Source: Phoronis australis
Taxonomy: Eukaryota > Animalia > Phoronida
Direction of reading: 5' to 3'
NCBI GenBank assembly: GCA_002633005.1
Contig: NMRA01000175.1
Coordinates: 441,831-505,830, forward strand
DNA length: 64,000 nucleotides
The notes beneath the pieces are model-generated. The model did not search any database, was not told the origin of the DNA, and saw nothing but the letters and a program-made list of their open reading frames with translations. Below, piece by piece: positions 59,670 to 64,000 of this stretch; the stretch's first letter is position 1; each line of letters begins with the position of its first letter. Both the position numbers and the translations under genes were made by a program.

Positions 59670-62600
59670 GTCAGTAATACGGTAAAGCTTCCTGTGTTCG
59701 AAATTATTATATGATAGTTCTACATCAAATGCATTACGTAAAACTTAAAAGTTTTAATTTCAATTAAACGTGAACCATTATTCAAGAAAAAACACACACT
59801 TAATACGTATTTGAAGTGTTTACTCGAGTGGCAATAACTAATATCTCATTTGAGATATTTTTTTAATTTTTGAACCTGTTCATATGGGGTGAAACGACGT
59901 AGGATTAGCTTTTAAACAGGTGTTACGGTCTTCTTCTTTGTTGCCAAAACAATCAAAGACGTCAAGGACACTTTGAACGAAGAAATGAATCGTATTTCTG
60001 TCTGCCTAGTAGGGAACAAGTTGGCACTGAATGACGGCAAAAACGATGTTATGGCTATTGGTAGCCAACAGAAGCTGACTGTGTCATCTCCAAAACTATT
60101 AGTTATTACTGTAACATGAACGTCGCCCAGACAAATACAAACATCTGGATGTGGTGATTGATTATAGGTTATCGTGGTACCAGTATGTCGCTTACGTTTC
60201 TAAAAAGTGTCTCAGCGTATTGTCCGGAAGTACGTTGATTAGAGTATTCTTCTGACCCTATACATTATTCTGAACTTACCGCATTTGGTCAGTGTGGTGT
60301 CGTTTGGGAAAACTGTGTGGAATACCTACATGAAAGTCTCCAAAAACACCAGAACAAGGCTAGAAAACTTATTCTTAGCAAATGTCAAAGTTCTGATTTT
60401 CTTAATTTTCTTTAACGGTGCAGGCAGCCTGGATGCGTGCTTTCATTTTAAGCACGATGGTTTACAAATCTCCACACATCTTGTTATCTTGCTACGAAAT
60501 TCAAAACAGGAATTCCCACAATTTCAGTATAAGAGCGAATGTTACAGGCTGCTTACTGCAACGAAGTCCTAAAACAACTACACGCCTACAGAGGTAGGCC
60601 TACTGCGTGGAGACCACTGTCGCGAATTCGTCCAATGTCTTCATCTTCAAAAGGTGTTGCTACGGCTTTCGGAGCAGTAATCCTTAGCTTGTGCCGTCCT
60701 GGTTCCAGTGGTTATACGTTGCAATTACTTCTTTTACTGATATTTATGTAATTGTATATAGTACTTTATTTATATTAATACTTTAAATACTTTGATAGTA
60801 CTTGTCTGCTTCGTATGTTAACTTTAATACGTTGATATTTCCTGTTGAACCTACTTGGATGATCAACACATCTTCTGAAGTGGACCTAGTGTTTTACATA
60901 AGTTTAAATAAATAAATAATTATAATTTTAATTTAGTGATACAATCAATTGATTTGATAGGACCAGCGTGTGACGCTATTTGCGAGCCGGGTGCTCTTCT
61001 GGCGGCCGCATGGGAAATTCCTATGATCAGTTACGGGTGCATTTCCACCATTCTAAGTGACAAAGAGACGTACCCAACTTTCGCCCGCACACTACCGCCC
61101 AGTGAACACCTGGATTATATCATTTATGCTATTGCTTCACATTATAACTGGACGCGAGTCGCTCTTGTACCGTCTTCAGCCTATCATTGGACATTGTCGG
61201 CCGTTTTCTTACAGGTAGGTTTTCCAAAAGCAGTTCAAACGGAGAAAAGCAAGCACGTTTCCAGAGAGACGATAACACTGCCTCGATGAAACCAAAAACA
61301 ATGAGAAAATGTGTAACAATGTAGAAATTTAGGTATAGTCGCAGGCTCTACGCTAAATTTGTCCTTTTGTTCTAATAGGACAACAGTTTTCATTTAAAGA
61401 CACTAAAAACCTGCCAGGGAATTTCACTTTTGATTCAGAGCTCTTACTGTTCTAAATCTAGTCTTAGCTTAATGTTTTTGTTTGATGATAGATGATTCAC
61501 AGTTTTTAGGGTTTGGGGACTACAGCTGTACATGCTAACATATCAAAAACTCATTGTCGCAAGTGAACGTACTGTGTGTGATTTCGAGCAACAACGTTCT
61601 TTCCTAGAAAAATCATCTCTAAACCGTGGAAAGAGTTAATAAGATGATACCAGTTTTATAATCGTCAAAATTAATTGTGGAAGGTGGCTTTATGACAGAG
61701 TTTAATCGAGTAGTCCCTCTCTCCTTGTCGGACGTTACATCTGTTCGAAAGCGAAATGTTTGCTTTCGGGACATTGTATCTCAGCTTGATCTTTCCTGAC
61801 CATCCTTCCCACGGCACCCAAAAGGATCAAACACCTTGAAAGTAGGATTTCTATCGTTCTTTATTGTAACACGGGCTAATTTAATTAGGATTTCATATTT
61901 AAATCCTGGTCCTAATCAGCAAATTGACTGCCATGACACACGTCTGTATGAAGATATGTCACCAGTCATCATCCATGGGTATTATATTTCATAGGTGCAA
62001 AATCCAATAACAAAAATGAACTTGGCAATTATTTTAATATTTGAAATGAGCAACAGTTTTTGTCTGTTGATGACAGTTGCGAAGATGTAACTTGTCTTAT
62101 TACGCGACTAATATCTCTGTACGTACCTGCGAGTTTCCGTGTTTATTCGGGATGAGTTGCGTTTAAAACCTTGTTTTCATACCAGGACTCGTTAGAGCTG
62201 TGGGGACTGGAAGCCATTTATGTCAGCATGTTTGAAGGTCACATCAAGGAGAAACACACGACACGAAGCGGCAAGTCGCACAAACAGATTTTGATGGAGG
62301 TTAAGGAAAGAGCCAATGGTAATTAGAAACGTCGCACTTTAAATGGTATTTGCAGGTTACTAATAGGCGCGTACTTAGAGGGTGCACATGTAGTCCTATA
62401 TGCTGGTTTGTGAAGCTGCGTCTATATCACGAAGTAGGACCAAGCGCTTATGTGCGAAACACATGAGCAAAAACCAAAGTGCAGCTTTTGAAATTGCGCG
62501 TGGGTGTAGCTTGACTTTTCCGCTACAAATGACAGAAGCTGACGTATATTCAGCTAAGCATTTACTGCTTAAGTGGCAAATAGGATCAGATATAGCTATT

Positions 62601-64000
62601 TAAGACACGTACGTGTATTGGAGAGCCACCTGCACACTTTAAGCGAAGCGTAGACGCATGCTCTAAACACTTGAGGAACTTTTTAAACAAGTATTTTTCT
62701 GTTTGCAGGCACATGTAAGCCTAAAGTCATTCATATACTGTGAAGTGGTATGAAAGTTGTGTTTTCAGAAATAAATTTTGTGTCGAAACTGACCAGCCGC
62801 AAATCGCTGCATTGTGGCAAGTCGGCACTGTAAGGTCTCGCGAGGTACGTCAAAAGGAAAAGGTCACCTTTTGACAGGCATTTTATAATTCCGCATTTAC
62901 CCTTGTCCACGTAAAATGCTTCATTTAGTGAAGATCGTAAACGCGAAAAGTCACCAGTGAGTTAAATATCAGAGCATTCTCTCCAGGGAGTACACCGTTA
63001 GCATATCAATACTTCCGAATAATAATCTTATAGAAAGTTTTTTTCCAAATCCATGAGTAACTCAGAAACTCTTCATTCGAATCCTACTGTAACGAAAAGA
63101 AGCATGAACGACACATTTACGGATTACATGTATATCGCTTTAGCTTTGCTTGACGAGAAACTGGAAAACAGATATAACGAGAGAGCCAGGGTGCACCAAC
63201 AAAAATAATAACTAAACTAAAAAAGTCATGGAAAACAGTGTGTCAAACAGTAATAAATTGGTTCTACTTTATGTCTTACATAACAATTTAGAAGTGGCCG
63301 AATATTTGAAGGTTTTAGAATGTGAGGAATTTAGAAGGAATTCATCAAAACTCCGATGTTCAAACCATTTTTTTGAAATCGAACGTGGAAGACGGTCTGT
63401 TGATCGCGAGCTAAGAATTTGTCCATTCTGCAAAAATTCATTGTATATGAGATAGAAGATGAGTTTCATTTTTAACTCGGTGCTCGTCGTATCGCGAATT
63501 TAGGTAACTGCTTATCCCACAGTTGCATAACTGTAATTACTCTGACTATTTGAAGATCATGAGGTGTGTTCACTAGTCTTCCCTGAAAAGTTTAGCAATG
63601 TTTAAAAAGACAGCATTCCATATCAGAAGTCTTCTGTAAATACTCTCATGCGTCATATTTGTTTGTTTGTTGTGTGATGTACTATTGGACCGGCGGCCAT
63701 CTATGTACAAATATAAACACAGTAATGATAATTATTATTATTATCATCACCGTAAATACTATAATTATTCCCATTATTATAATTAATGATAAGATTATAA
63801 TTACCATCATTAAAATAGTTTTATTATTCATTATCATTATTACTTCCATCCAATACAGTGTTTTTCCTCTTGTGTTACCCGGGAGACGCTCGTGATTTCA
63901 TGATTCATGCGGCTGAGTTAAACATGTTGGACGGTCGCTATGCGTTCTTCACCACGGAGATGGTATACTCATCCTTCCAGGGGGTTCAGACGTGGCAGGG
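59360..64000 (+). CDS. Atrial natriuretic peptide receptor-like / receptor guanylyl cyclase-like gene, 5' part (ANF-receptor ligand-binding domain), continues past the window
   Basis: Exons 59360-59669, 60961-61214, 62186-62318, 63859 to end, with consistent phases. Signal peptide MRRSVPAVITVIFVLFIFNKSVLA; motifs LGVLIP, DTKCDASTGL, ALIGPAC, LAAAWEIPMISYGC, LSDKETYPTFART, RDFMIHAAELNMLDGRYAFF. The cytoplasmic domains are not visible. Confidence 0.85.
60961..61214 (+). CDS. NPR/GC-like exon 2
   Basis: GPACDAICEPGALLAAAWEIPMISYGC...YPTFART...HYNWTRVAL...FLQ|gtaggt. Confidence 0.92.
62186..62318 (+). CDS. NPR/GC-like exon 3
   Basis: ttttcataccag|DSLELWGLEAIYVSMF...KQILMEVKERAN|gtaatt; bridges phases 0 and 1; absent from the ORF track. 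Confidence 0.8.
63180..63843 (+). mobile_element. 3' end of a decayed non-LTR retrotransposon (RTE-X-like) with degenerate (ATT)n tail
   Basis: KLRCSNHFFEIERGR...RICPFC...IEDEFHF...CSSYREFR C-terminal CCHC motif with frameshifts, followed by an ATT-rich tail at about 63715-63843. Confidence 0.75.
63859..64000 (+). CDS. NPR/GC-like exon 4 (truncated by window end)
   Basis: VFFLLCYPGDARDFMIHAAELNMLDGRYAFFTTE... Confidence 0.85.

Noticed and set aside
63659-63895. Poly-Ile membrane-protein ORF
   Set aside because: Translation of the (ATT)n retrotransposon tail; the real exon starts at 63859 in another frame.
8658-64000. Operon-like functional cluster of the four genes
   Set aside because: Mixed orientations, kilobase repeat-filled spacers and unrelated families; no sequence evidence of co-regulation.

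Overview
Eukaryotic, intron-rich, AT-rich genomic DNA, most likely from an invertebrate animal (lophotrochozoan-like by inference; species not determinable). Four protein-coding genes were reconstructed by hand from GT-AG boundaries. (1) A complete 13-coding-exon SLC6 Na+/Cl- dependent glycine-transporter-like gene (+, 8658-23125, 646 aa). (2) A complete 8-exon secreted GH20 beta-N-acetylhexosaminidase with the four-domain architecture of bacterial (Serratia/Vibrio-type) chitobiases (-, 41165-33126, 861 aa). (3) An intronless 421-aa single-pass membrane protein with a KCNE/MinK-like transmembrane region and a long motif-rich tail (+, 48593-49858). (4) The first four coding exons of a natriuretic-peptide-receptor / receptor guanylyl cyclase-like gene (+, 59360 to window end). 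Introns and intergenic DNA hold many non-autonomous elements: two Helentron/HINE-like elements (one with about 10 same-orientation CTCF-like motifs, one with YY1/ETS/NRF1 motifs next to a 7x CCAAT minisatellite), a long-TIR element with a perfect 9-bp target-site duplication, several MITE families, tRNA-derived SINE pieces, L1/Tx1- and RTE-X-like LINE relics, and mini/microsatellites. There is a 13-N gap at 28929-28941. No CRISPR array, rRNA or intact tRNA gene was seen. All family assignments come from motif recognition; no database search was run.
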